A stretch of DNA of 64,000 nucleotides from Candidatus Eiseniibacteriota bacterium (GTDB lineage Bacteria > Eisenbacteria > RBG-16-71-46): positions 32,001-96,000 of the forward strand of contig JBBRLX010000006.1 of the NCBI GenBank assembly GCA_038231135.1. Direction: 5' to 3'. Positions within the stretch are counted from its first letter, which is position 1; each line of letters begins with the position of its first letter. The notes under the pieces are model-generated. The model was not told where the DNA came from. It did not search any database and saw only the letters and a list, made by a program, of their open reading frames with translations. A program made the position numbers and the translations under genes. This document shows positions 9,087-18,751 of this stretch, one piece after another.

Positions 9087-11123
9087 ATCGAGAGTTCGCT
9101 GCTCGTCCAGGGTCGCGCCGCCGGCGCCTCCTTTGCAGAACCGCCCGCCGCCATCGGCGTCGACACCGGCGGCACGTTCACGGACTTCGTGGCCGTGCTG
9201 GGCCGGCGCCTGGTGGTGTTCAAGCTGCCGTCCACGCCCTCGGGCCCGGACCGCGCCGTGATCGCGGGGCTCGACCGGTTGCGCGCCGCGCGCTCGACCC
9301 GGGTGCGCCACGGCTCCACCGTCGCCACGAACGCGTTGCTCGAGCGCCGCGGCGCCCGTGTGGTGTTCGTCACCACCGCGGGGTTCGAGGACCTGCTCGA
9401 GATCGGCCGCCAGGAGCGGCCCGACATCTACGCGCTCACGCCGCGGCGGGAGCCGCCGCTGGTGCCGGCGAGGCGGCGGCTCGGTGTGCGGGAACGCACG
9501 GGTCCGCGCGGCGAGCGCCTGCTGCGGCTGTCGGCGGCGGAGCGGTCGCGCGTGCGCCGCGCGGTCGCGCGGGCGCGGCCGGAGGCGATCGCGATCGGGC
9601 TGCTGCATTCCTACGCCGATCCCGCACACGAGCGGGCGCTGGCACGCGAGCTGCGCGGTCTGGGGGTGCCGGTCACCTGCTCCTCCGAGCTGTGTCCCGA
9701 GATCCGTGAATACGAGCGGTTCGCCACCACGGTGGTGAACGCGTGGCTGGCCCCGCGCGTCGGCCGCTATCTGGCGGCTGTGGCGCGGCGCGCGGGACCG
9801 GCGTTCGAGGTCGTGCTGTCGCACGGTGGCACCGCGCCCGCGGCGGTCGCGGCGCGCGAGCCGGCGAAGCAACTGCTGTCGGGTCCGGCGGCGGGGGTCC
9901 GCGCCGCCCGCGACGCGGCGCGCGCCTGCGGCTTCGCGGCCGCGCTCACGCTGGACGTCGGCGGCACATCGACCGACTGCGCCTACGTCGGCCGCGAGTT
10001 GCCGCGCCGGCGCGCCCGCATGGTGGCCGGGATCCCGATTCAGCTGCCGATGCTCGACGTGCATACGATCGGCGCGGGCGGCGGCTCGGTGGCGCGCGTC
10101 GACGCGGGCGGGCTGCTGCACGTCGGGCCGGACAGCGCCGGGGCCGATCCCGGGCCCGCGTGCTACGGGCGGGGCGGACCCCCCACCGTCACGGACGCGC
10201 TGGTGGTGCTCGGCCGGCTGCCGGCGCGGGCTCTCGCCGGCGGCACGTTTCCGATCGATGCGGGCGCGGCGCGGGCGGCGATGGCGCAGCTCGCGCGGTC
10301 GCTCGGCCATCGCGACGCGCTGCGCGCCGCCGCCGGCGTCGCGACGCTCGCCGAGTCGCACATGGGGGCGGCGCTGCGGCGCGTGTCGGTCGAGCGCGGC
10401 CACGATCCGCGCGGCGCCGCCCTGGTGTGCTTCGGCGGCGCGGGCGGGCTGTTCGCCTGCGCGCTCGCGGCGGAGCTGGGGACGGCGGTGGTGTTCCCGC
10501 GCCACGCCGGCGTGCTGTCGGCGCTGGGGGCGCTGACCGGCGGCTCGCGGCGCGAGAAGAGCCGCTCGGTGCTGCTCGACGCCGGCGACCGCCCGCGCAT
10601 CGCCCGCGTGCTCGCGGCGCTCGAGGCGGCGGCGCGCCGCGAGTTCGCGCCGGCGCTGCGCGGGCGCGCGACCGTGGAGCGCTGGGCCGAGGCGCGCTAC
10701 CGCGGCCAGGCGCACGAGCTCCCGATTCCCGCCGCCGGCGACCTCGCGCGCCGGTTCCATGCCGCGCACGAGCACCGCTATGGCTTCGCCGATCCCGCGG
10801 CGCCGGTCGAGATCGTGACGCTCGAGGCGCGGGTGTCGGTGGCCGGCGAGCGGCTGCCGGCGATGCGGCCGGCGCCGCGCCGCGGACCGCGGCCGCCGGG
10901 CAGCGTCACCGTCCGCCACGCGGGACGCGACATCAGGGCCCTGGTGTGGGACGCCGCCCAGCTCGGCCGCGGGGCGCGCGTGGCCGGCCCGGCGGTGGTG
11001 GTGGAGGACGGCGCGACGCTGTGGGTGGTGCCCGGGTGGTCGGGCACGCGCCACGCGAGCGGCGCCCTGGTGCTCGTGCCCGGAAGGCTGCGCGCCGCGC
11101 CGCGACGCCGGGGGCCGCGATGA
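9087..11123 (+). CDS. hydantoinase/5-oxoprolinase subunit A family protein (start uncertain)
   Basis: IGVDTGGTFTD (upstream of the track's start), HGSTVATNALLER, SGPAAG, DVGGTSTD, IGAGGGS and SAGADPGPACYG motifs. Confidence 0.88.
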   Translation: MESSLLVQGRAAGASFAEPPAAIGVDTGGTFTDFVAVLGRRLVVFKLPSTPSGPDRAVIAGLDRLRAARSTRVRHGSTVATNALLERRGARVVFVTTAGFEDLLEIGRQERPDIYALTPRREPPLVPARRRLGVRERTGPRGERLLRLSAAERSRVRRAVARARPEAIAIGLLHSYADPAHERALARELRGLGVPVTCSSELCPEIREYERFATTVVNAWLAPRVGRYLAAVARRAGPAFEVVLSHGGTAPAAVAAREPAKQLLSGPAAGVRAARDAARACGFAAALTLDVGGTSTDCAYVGRELPRRRARMVAGIPIQLPMLDVHTIGAGGGSVARVDAGGLLHVGPDSAGADPGPACYGRGGPPTVTDALVVLGRLPARALAGGTFPIDAGAARAAMAQLARSLGHRDALRAAAGVATLAESHMGAALRRVSVERGHDPRGAALVCFGGAGGLFACALAAELGTAVVFPRHAGVLSALGALTGGSRREKSRSVLLDAGDRPRIARVLAALEAAARREFAPALRGRATVERWAEARYRGQAHELPIPAAGDLARRFHAAHEHRYGFADPAAPVEIVTLEARVSVAGERLPAMRPAPRRGPRPPGSVTVRHAGRDIRALVWDAAQLGRGARVAGPAVVVEDGATLWVVPGWSGTRHASGALVLVPGRLRAAPRRRGPR

Positions 11124-12766
11124 CCGCCGCGTTCGACGGCGCGCGGCTCGCGCTGTTCCAGGCGCGGTTCGCCGCGTGCGCCGAGGAGATGGGCGTGACG
11201 CTGATGCGCACCGCGCATTCGCCGAACATCACCGAGCGCCTCGACCACTCGTGCGCGGTGTTCGACGGCCGTGGCCGGCTCATCGCCCAGGCCGCGCACA
11301 TTCCCGTGCATCTCGGCAGCATGCCGCGCGCGGTCGAGGTGGTGCTCGAGCGCTCGACGCTATTGCCCGGCGACGTGGTGATGCTCAACGATCCGTTCGC
11401 CGGCGGCACGCACCTGCCGGACGTTACGCTGGTTTCGCCGGTGTTCGCCGGTTCCGCGCCCGGCCGCGGCGGCCCGCGGCGGCCCGATTACTTCGTCGCG
11501 AGCCGCGCGCACCACGCCGACATCGGCGGCGCGGCGCCCGGGTCGATGCCCCTCGCGCGCGAAGTCTACGAGGAGGGCCTCCGTATCCCGCCCGTGCACC
11601 TGGTGCGCGGCGGCGACGTCCAGGCGGACGTGCTCGCGATCGTGCTCGCGAACGTGCGGACGGCGCGCGAACGCCATGCCGACCTGATGGCGCAGGCCGG
11701 CGCCCAGACCACCGGCATAAGGCGGCTGGAGGCGCTGATCGCGTCCCACGGCACGGCGACGCTGAATCGTGCGGCGGAGGCGCTGATGCGTCACGCCGCG
11801 CGCAGCGTGCTCGCCGCCGTGCGGACCCTGCCGCGGGGGACGTTCCGCTTCGAGGACGTGCTCGACGACGACGGGCTCGGCCACGGGCCGATCCCGATCC
11901 GCGCCGCGGTGACGCTCGGGGCCCGAGGCGTGACCGTCGACTTCACCGGCTCGAGCCCGCAGACGGCCGGGCCGGTGAACGCCGTCGCCGCCGTCACCCG
12001 CGCGGCCGCGACCTACGCGGTGAGGATCGTGCTGGGCGGCGAGCTGCCGATCAACCACGGCACCCTGGAGGCCATCCGCGTGATCGCGCCGCCCGGCACC
12101 GTGGTGAATCCGCTGCCGCCGGCCGCGGTCGCCGCGGGCAACGTCGAGACCTCGCAGCGCATCGTCGACGTCGTGCTGGGCGCGCTGGCGCGCGCGCTGC
12201 CCCATCGTGTGCCGGCGGCGAGCAGCGGCACCATGAACAACCTGCTGATCGGCGGCCGCGATCCGCAAGCCGGCCCGTTCGCATACTACGAGACGCTGGC
12301 CGGCGGCCATGGCGCGGGCCCGGGCGGGGATGGCGCGTCGGCGATGCAGGCGCACATGACGAACACCCGCAACACGCCGGTCGAGAGCCTGGAGCACGCG
12401 TATCCCCTGCGCGTCCGCTCCACGCGCGTGCGGCGTGGCAGCGGGGGCCTGGGCCGGCATCGCGGCGGCGACGGCATCGAGCGTGCGCTCGAGCTCATGG
12501 CCCCGGCGCGCGTCACCGTGATCTCGGAGCGGCGGCTGCGCGGCCCGTGGGGGCTCGCCGGCGGCCGGCCGGGAGCGCCGGGCCGGAACACCGTGCGCGA
12601 GTCGCCCGGCGCCCGCGCGCGCCGGATGCCCGGGAAGTTCGTGGTCGATCTCGCGGCGGGCGCCGTGCTCACGGTGACGAGCCCCGGCGGCGGCGGCTAC
12701 GGGCGACCGGGCTTCGCCGCATCGCGCGCGAAGCGCCGGGTCGCGCGTCGCGCTCCGCAGCGGTAG
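11120..12766 (+). CDS. hydantoinase B/oxoprolinase family protein
   Basis: EEMGVTLMRTAHSPNI, HIPVHLGSM, NDPFAGGTHLPD, HHADIGG and SPGGGGYG motifs; ATGA overlap with subunit A. Confidence 0.92.
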   Translation: MTAAFDGARLALFQARFAACAEEMGVTLMRTAHSPNITERLDHSCAVFDGRGRLIAQAAHIPVHLGSMPRAVEVVLERSTLLPGDVVMLNDPFAGGTHLPDVTLVSPVFAGSAPGRGGPRRPDYFVASRAHHADIGGAAPGSMPLAREVYEEGLRIPPVHLVRGGDVQADVLAIVLANVRTARERHADLMAQAGAQTTGIRRLEALIASHGTATLNRAAEALMRHAARSVLAAVRTLPRGTFRFEDVLDDDGLGHGPIPIRAAVTLGARGVTVDFTGSSPQTAGPVNAVAAVTRAAATYAVRIVLGGELPINHGTLEAIRVIAPPGTVVNPLPPAAVAAGNVETSQRIVDVVLGALARALPHRVPAASSGTMNNLLIGGRDPQAGPFAYYETLAGGHGAGPGGDGASAMQAHMTNTRNTPVESLEHAYPLRVRSTRVRRGSGGLGRHRGGDGIERALELMAPARVTVISERRLRGPWGLAGGRPGAPGRNTVRESPGARARRMPGKFVVDLAAGAVLTVTSPGGGGYGRPGFAASRAKRRVARRAPQR

Positions 12767-12869
12767 AGTGCGCGGTCGAGCAGGCCGCGGCTCGCCGCCC
12801 GCGCGCCGGCATTTCGAAGGTAACGCATCATGGGGCGCCGGACGTGGCACCCCGCTCTCCGGAGGTACG

Positions 12870-14087
12870 ATGCATCGCGCCATACGTGCCGTCGTGCTGC
12901 TGCTCCTCGTCGCTCCGCTGGCCTCGCTATTCGGCTCGCGTGCCGCGCACACCCTGCCGCTCTACGCCGCGCGCACTGGCTACATGTGCCAGCAGTGCCA
13001 TTTCGATCCCAACGGCGGCGGGCCCCGCAACGACTTCGGGTTCATGTTCGCGCGCAACCGCCACAGCACGGATGCCGACACCACGGGCGCGTGGAAGGAT
13101 CTCAACCTCACGAACAGGATCGGCGACACCATGCCGGTCTACTTCGGCGTCAATCAGCGGTTCATGCTGCTGACGGGCACCTCGACCCACTCCGACTCGC
13201 TCGATCGGTTCGCGTTCTTCGGCATGGAGAACAGCCTCCACATCACGTTCCAGCCCCACGAGAAGCTCACGCTCGTATACAGCCGGGATGCGTTCGCGAT
13301 CGACGCCTCGAACGCCAGCGTCGAGCAGAAGGAGGCGTTCGGCATCCTCCACTTCAACGACACTCATTACGTGAAGATCGGCCGGTTCCGCAATCCGTTC
13401 GGCCTGCGCATGGACGACCACACGGTGGCGACGCGCAACGGGTTCCTCGACCTGAGCAGTGGCCAGGGGTTCCTGCCGTACGATCCGCGATATCCGGACA
13501 TGGGTGTCGAGGTCGGCGGCGCGCGCGGGCCGTTCTTCGGCCGAGTCGCGTTCACGAACGGCCATGCGAACTTCTCGAACGGGTTCGCGGAGACCAAGGC
13601 CATCAAGCTCGGCTACAACAGCTCGTTCTATCAGGGCGGCGTGTCGTTCTACGACGAATATCAGAAGGTGCCGGTGACCAACCTGAAACGTTCGACGCGC
13701 TGGGGCTACTACGCGCTCGGCCACCATGGCCCGGTCGCGCTGGTCGGCGAGATCGCGGCGGGCACGGACGAGGCGTTGCCGGTGCTGCCCGGCGCCGTGA
13801 CGGGAGCGAAGACCAACCTGCTCGCCGGATTCGCCGAGCTCGACTGGGCGGCCGGCCGCTCGGTGAACTTCCGGGCGCGCTACGACTACCTGAACCCCGA
13901 TCGCAGCAGCATCCAGGTGATCCGGGACCTGAACTCGCACCAGCGCTACGCGCTCGAGAGCGAGTGGGTGCCGGTGCCGTTCGCGGAACTGCGGTTCGCG
14001 GTGCGCCGCATCCAACACCAGGACGAGGCCGCGTTCGGCTTCAAGGACGAGACGCAGTTCTTCACCCAGGCGCACTTCTCGTACTGA
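12870..14087 (+). CDS. monoheme cytochrome c-porin fusion (Cyc2-like architecture)
   Basis: GGAGG RBS, signal peptide, LPLYAARTGYMCQQCH, alternating beta-strands and C-terminal QAHFSY. Confidence 0.72.
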   Translation: MHRAIRAVVLLLLVAPLASLFGSRAAHTLPLYAARTGYMCQQCHFDPNGGGPRNDFGFMFARNRHSTDADTTGAWKDLNLTNRIGDTMPVYFGVNQRFMLLTGTSTHSDSLDRFAFFGMENSLHITFQPHEKLTLVYSRDAFAIDASNASVEQKEAFGILHFNDTHYVKIGRFRNPFGLRMDDHTVATRNGFLDLSSGQGFLPYDPRYPDMGVEVGGARGPFFGRVAFTNGHANFSNGFAETKAIKLGYNSSFYQGGVSFYDEYQKVPVTNLKRSTRWGYYALGHHGPVALVGEIAAGTDEALPVLPGAVTGAKTNLLAGFAELDWAAGRSVNFRARYDYLNPDRSSIQVIRDLNSHQRYALESEWVPVPFAELRFAVRRIQHQDEAAFGFKDETQFFTQAHFSY

Positions 14088-14108
14088 GTGGACGCCCCGG
14101 TGTCACGC

Positions 14109-14136
14109 GCGAGGCGCCCGTCCGCGGGCGCCTCGC
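14109..14136. terminator. hairpin between convergent genes
   Basis: 12-bp perfect stem GCGAGGCGCCCG-TCCG-CGGGCGCCTCGC. Confidence 0.6.
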
Positions 14137-14143
14137 AGGCGTG

Positions 14144-15631
14144 TCAGCGGCGCAGCGCCGCCAGCCGCCGGGTGACGACGCGCTGCGTCAGCGGCGTGCG
14201 GTCGGCGGCGGACAGCGTGAGCGCCGCCTCGGGGACCTCATCGAGGAACGCGTCGTTCTGAAGACCCACCACGATCGTGGGTCGCTCGCGGCACGCGGCG
14301 CGCAGCGCCTCGACGCGCGCGGCCTCGAGCGGCAGCCGCGTGGCGACCACCGCCACCCGCGCCGTGGCGAGCGCCGGGTCCTCGGTGAGCGGCACGCCCG
14401 CGTCCGCGAACGCGCGCAGCAGCGGAGTCTCGCCCGGCGGCTCGGCCGGCGTGATGCCGCGCGCCGCCAGCTCGGCCGCCAGCGGGGGCAGCGTGTCGGG
14501 CCCGAAGTTCACCACCTGCCACGGGCCGTTGACCGCGCCCCCGGGCAGCGAACCCCGCACGATCAGCGCGCGATCGACGATCGCCTCTAGTCGCGGCTCC
14601 CAGTCGGCCGGCGTGAGCGCCGCGAGCGGCGCCGCGAGCTCGGCGGCGGTGGGCTCGGGATGCGCGCGGTCCAGCGCCGCGAGCCGCGGGCGCGCGGCGT
14701 CGAAGTTGTCGCGCTCGAGCGTGCCGTCGGTGATCGCGCGCGCCAGCTCCAGCCGCACGCGGCGCAGCTCGTCGTCGTGGAATGCGAACAGCAGCAGGTC
14801 GGCGCCGGCCTCGAGCGCGCGCCGCGCCGCCGCGGCCGGCGCCGCATCGCCGGTCGCGCCCTTCATCTCGAGCGCATCGGTGATGCTGACGCCCGGAAAG
14901 CCCAGCCGGTCGCGCAGCAGATCGTGCGTGATCGCGCGCGAGAACGTCGCCGGGCTCGCGGCATCGAGCGCGCGGTAGAGCACGTGCGCGGTCATCACGG
15001 CATCGGCGTCGAGGTGGGCCGCGAACGGCGCCAGCTCGCGCTGTTCGAGCTGCGCGCGCGACGCCTCGCTCACCGGCAGCGACAGGTGCGAATCCGTGCG
15101 CGTGTCGCCGTGCCCGGGGAAATGCTTGAGACACGCCGCCACGCCCGCGGCGCGGTAGCCGCGCAGCAGCTCGCCCACGCGCGCCGTCACGTCGGCCGCG
15201 GTCATGCCCCATGCGCGCGGCCCGATCACCGGATTGAGCGGCTCGGAATGGATGTCGGCGACCGGCGCGAACACCCAGTCGAGCCCGAGCGCCCGCAGCC
15301 GGGCGCCGGTCACGCGCGCGATCCATTCGAGATCGCCGGGCCCGGCGCCGCGTCCCAGCGTGAGCGCGTTCGGTGGCACCGTCAGGTGCCCGGCGAGCTG
15401 CGATACGTGGCCGCCCTCCTCGTCGATCGCGAGGAACAGCCGGCGCGGCTTCGCCAGCTCGCGCAGGTGGGCCGTGAGCCGCCGCAGGCCGTCCAGGTCC
15501 TGGAAGTCGCGGCGGAACACGATCACGCCCGCCGGGGGATAGGCAGCGAAGTCGCGCTCCCACGCGGGCGTGGGCCCGCCCAGGGGAATGCCGATCATCA
15601 TCCGGCGCGCGATGCCGCGTTGTGCGTCCAT
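14144..15631 (-). CDS. nagZ: GH3 beta-N-acetylhexosaminidase
   Basis: AIDEEGG, APVAD, KHFPGHGDTRTDSH and TDALEM motifs. Confidence 0.88.
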   Translation of the reverse strand: MDAQRGIARRMMIGIPLGGPTPAWERDFAAYPPAGVIVFRRDFQDLDGLRRLTAHLRELAKPRRLFLAIDEEGGHVSQLAGHLTVPPNALTLGRGAGPGDLEWIARVTGARLRALGLDWVFAPVADIHSEPLNPVIGPRAWGMTAADVTARVGELLRGYRAAGVAACLKHFPGHGDTRTDSHLSLPVSEASRAQLEQRELAPFAAHLDADAVMTAHVLYRALDAASPATFSRAITHDLLRDRLGFPGVSITDALEMKGATGDAAPAAAARRALEAGADLLLFAFHDDELRRVRLELARAITDGTLERDNFDAARPRLAALDRAHPEPTAAELAAPLAALTPADWEPRLEAIVDRALIVRGSLPGGAVNGPWQVVNFGPDTLPPLAAELAARGITPAEPPGETPLLRAFADAGVPLTEDPALATARVAVVATRLPLEAARVEALRAACRERPTIVVGLQNDAFLDEVPEAALTLSAADRTPLTQRVVTRRLAALRR

Positions 15632-15847
15632 GGCGGCAACCTGCGGAAGCGTTGCGCGAGTGTCAAGCATCGGCCCGCAACGACGGGCCTGGGACCCGCT
15701 CGGGCCGCCCGTTCCCACGCTGGTAAAGATACACTCGCCTGGCGCGTCGCGAGACCCGACACTATGACTGTGCACCCTGAAGCCCAAGTTGACCGGGATC
15801 TTGCAAAACGCACGTTGGGGCGGCGCTCCGGCCCGCGCTACACTGGC

Positions 15848-17029
15848 ATGATGAAGAACCCCGTCTCCCGGCGCAGCCTGCGGTTCACCGAGTCCGTGAT
15901 CCGCGAAATGACGCGGCTATGCGCGCGCTACGATGGGGTCAATCTGGCCCAGGGCTTCCCGGATTTCGCGGCTCCCGAGGTCCTCAAGGAGGCCGCGGCA
16001 CGGGCAGTGCTAGAAGACCACAACCAATACGCGATCACGTGGGGCGCCAAGCGCCTGCGGGACGCGATCGTGGCCAAGACCCTGCGGTTTCAGGGCCTCG
16101 GCTACGAACCCGAGACCGAGTTGACAGTGTGCTGCGGGGCGACCGAGTGCATGGCGTCGACGATGCTGGCGCTGGTCGATCCGGGCGACGAAGTCATCGT
16201 GTTCGAACCGTTCTACGAGAACTACGGTCCGGATGCGATCCTGTGCGAAGCACAGCCGCGGTTCGTGCGGCTGCGGGAGCCCGACTGGGTCTACGACCCG
16301 GCCGAGCTCGAAGCGGCGTTCTCGAACCGGACGCGCGCGATCGTCATCAATACACCCAACAATCCGACCGGCAAGGTGTTCAGCCGGGATGAACTCGAGC
16401 ACATCGCCGCGCTGTGCCGGAAGTGGGATGTGATCGCGATCACGGACGAGATCTACGAGCACATTCTCTACGATGGCGCGGAGCACGTGCCGCTCGCGTC
16501 GCTGGACGGAATGCGGGAGCGCACGGTGACGATCAGCGGCATGTCGAAGACATACAGCGTAACCGGATGGCGGATCGGCTGGTGCCTCGCGGCGCCGGCG
16601 CTGACGGGCGCGATCCGCAAGGTCCACGACTTCCTCACCGTGGGTGCTCCGGCGCCGCTGCAGGAGGCGGCTTCCGTGGCGCTCGAGCTGCCCGACGATT
16701 ACTACCGCGGCCTCGCCGATCGCTATCGCGAGCGGCGCGAGTTCCTGGTGCCCGCGCTCGAAGCGGCGGGGTTCCGCGCGTTCCGTCCGCGTGGCGCGTA
16801 TTACGTGATGACGGACATTTCGGAGTTCGGGTTCGACAACGATGTCGAGTTCGCGCGCCACCTGGTGGAAACGGTGGGCGTGGCCGCGGTGCCGGGGTCG
16901 AGCTTCTATTCGGATCCAGGCTCGGGACGCCACCGGTTGCGGTTCCATTTCGCTCGCCGGCGCGAAACACTCGAAAACGCTGCGGAACGGCTCGGCCGCC
17001 TCGCGGCCCGTTCCAGTACTGCTCACTAA
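15848..17029 (+). CDS. class I/II PLP aminotransferase (YbdL/kynurenine-methionine transaminase-like)
   Basis: NLAQGFPDF, NTPNNPTGKVF, DEIYEH and SKTYSVTGWRIG motifs. Confidence 0.9.
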   Translation: MMKNPVSRRSLRFTESVIREMTRLCARYDGVNLAQGFPDFAAPEVLKEAAARAVLEDHNQYAITWGAKRLRDAIVAKTLRFQGLGYEPETELTVCCGATECMASTMLALVDPGDEVIVFEPFYENYGPDAILCEAQPRFVRLREPDWVYDPAELEAAFSNRTRAIVINTPNNPTGKVFSRDELEHIAALCRKWDVIAITDEIYEHILYDGAEHVPLASLDGMRERTVTISGMSKTYSVTGWRIGWCLAAPALTGAIRKVHDFLTVGAPAPLQEAASVALELPDDYYRGLADRYRERREFLVPALEAAGFRAFRPRGAYYVMTDISEFGFDNDVEFARHLVETVGVAAVPGSSFYSDPGSGRHRLRFHFARRRETLENAAERLGRLAARSSTAH

Positions 17030-17050
17030 CCGACACCCGGGGTATCATCG

Positions 17051-18676
17051 ATGCCGTTCCTTCGTCGCAACTCGAAAGGTCCACTCGTCGTGGCCATGGC
17101 GCTGTCGCTGCTGCTCGGATTCGGGCTGGCTCGCGGGCTCCAGGCCACCGACGATCTGCGCAGCCAGCTCGACGTGTTCTCGCAGGTGCTGGGCCTGGTG
17201 CAGAACAACTACGTCGAGGTTCCCGACAACGAAAAGCTCATCAAGGGCGCGATCGACGGGATGCTCAAGACGCTCGATCCGCACACCGTGTACGTTCCCG
17301 AGCAGCGCGCCGAGCGCATGGACGAGGAATTCCAGGGCGAGTACTCGGGCATCGGCATCCAGTTCGAGATCCGTGACGGCGCGATCGTGGTGATCTCGCC
17401 GCTCGAGGGCACGCCGGCCTACCGGCTCGGCATCGGCGCCGGCGACCGCATCACCGCGGTCGACGACAAGCCGCTGCCGAAGACGATCACGAACGACGAC
17501 GTGTTCAAGCTGCTGCGCGGGCCGACCGGCAGCACGGTCAAGGTCACGATCGACCGCGTGGACACCGCCGAGCCGCTGACGTTCTCGATCGAACGCGCGA
17601 AGATCCCGATCGAGAGCATTCCCTACGCCTACATGATGCGTCCGGGCGTGGGCTACGTGCGCATCATCCGGTTCTCGCAGACGACCGGCGAGGAGCTCGA
17701 AAAGGCGATGGCGACGCTGCGCGCCCAGGGCATGAAGTCGCTGATGCTCGACCTGCGCTCGAACTCGGGCGGCCTGCTGTCGCAGGCGGTGGACGTGCTC
17801 GATCAGCTGGTGCCGACGAACAAGCTGCTGGTGTACACGCGCGGCCGCATCCCGTCGTCGAACGCGGACTACAAGAGCAGCGAGCGGAAGAAGTTCCTCG
17901 ACGGGCCGCTGGTGGTGCTGATCGACCACGGCAGCGCGTCGGCGTCCGAGATCGTGTCGGGAGCGATCCAGGATCTCGACCGCGGCCTGGTGGTCGGCAC
18001 GAACTCGTTCGGCAAGGGCCTGGTGCAGAACCAGCTCCGGCTGTCGAACGGCTCCAAGCTGCTGCTCACGATCGCGCACTACTACACGCCGAGCGGACGC
18101 CTGATCCAGCGCGACTACTCCAAGTTCTCGGACCGCGCGGAGTATCAGGAGGACGCCTACAAGGTCGACGTGCCGAGCGATTCGGTGATGGCGACGCTGC
18201 CCAAGTTCAAGACCGCGGGCGGACGCACGGTGTACGGCGGCGGCGGCATCTATCCCGACGTGATCGTGAAGGACGACCCGAACCTGAGTCAGGCCGAGGC
18301 CAACCTGATCCAGAACCGCGTATTCTGGGAGTTCGCAACCGGCTACGTCCACAAGCACAAGGACACGAAGTGGACGTCCGACGCGCTCAACTCGCGCAAC
18401 TTCCAGCTCAACGATGGCGATTGGAGCGACCTCAAGACCGTGGCGAAGTCGCGCAAGGTGGCGGTCGCCGACTCGGTGTGGCAGAACGACCGGCCGTTCG
18501 TGGTGCGCCAGATCCGCGCCGAGATCGCGAGCAACACCATGGGCCAGCTCGAGCGCTACAAGGTGCTGATCGAGGACGACATCCAGCTCAACCAGGCGCT
18601 GGAGCTGTTCCCGCGCGCGACGCGGCTGATGTCGGGCAACTTCGACAACAATACGGAGCCGGCGAAGAAGCGGTAG
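17051..18676 (+). CDS. ctpA: S41A carboxyl-terminal processing protease with PDZ domain
   Basis: LDPHT, GIGI (PDZ), DLRSNSGG, SASASEI, FGKGLVQ and YYTPSGR motifs. Confidence 0.93.
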   Translation: MPFLRRNSKGPLVVAMALSLLLGFGLARGLQATDDLRSQLDVFSQVLGLVQNNYVEVPDNEKLIKGAIDGMLKTLDPHTVYVPEQRAERMDEEFQGEYSGIGIQFEIRDGAIVVISPLEGTPAYRLGIGAGDRITAVDDKPLPKTITNDDVFKLLRGPTGSTVKVTIDRVDTAEPLTFSIERAKIPIESIPYAYMMRPGVGYVRIIRFSQTTGEELEKAMATLRAQGMKSLMLDLRSNSGGLLSQAVDVLDQLVPTNKLLVYTRGRIPSSNADYKSSERKKFLDGPLVVLIDHGSASASEIVSGAIQDLDRGLVVGTNSFGKGLVQNQLRLSNGSKLLLTIAHYYTPSGRLIQRDYSKFSDRAEYQEDAYKVDVPSDSVMATLPKFKTAGGRTVYGGGGIYPDVIVKDDPNLSQAEANLIQNRVFWEFATGYVHKHKDTKWTSDALNSRNFQLNDGDWSDLKTVAKSRKVAVADSVWQNDRPFVVRQIRAEIASNTMGQLERYKVLIEDDIQLNQALELFPRATRLMSGNFDNNTEPAKKR

Positions 18677-18701
18677 CGGTCACCGAACTCCGGAGTCATC
18701 G

Positions 18702-18733
18702 AGGCGGGCACTTCCTTGCGGAGGTGCCCGCCT
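18702..18733. terminator. bidirectional terminator hairpin
   Basis: AGGCGGGCACTTCC-TTGC-GGAGGTGCCCGCCT between convergent genes. Confidence 0.7.
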
Positions 18734-18751
18734 TCGCATGGAGCCGCACCG

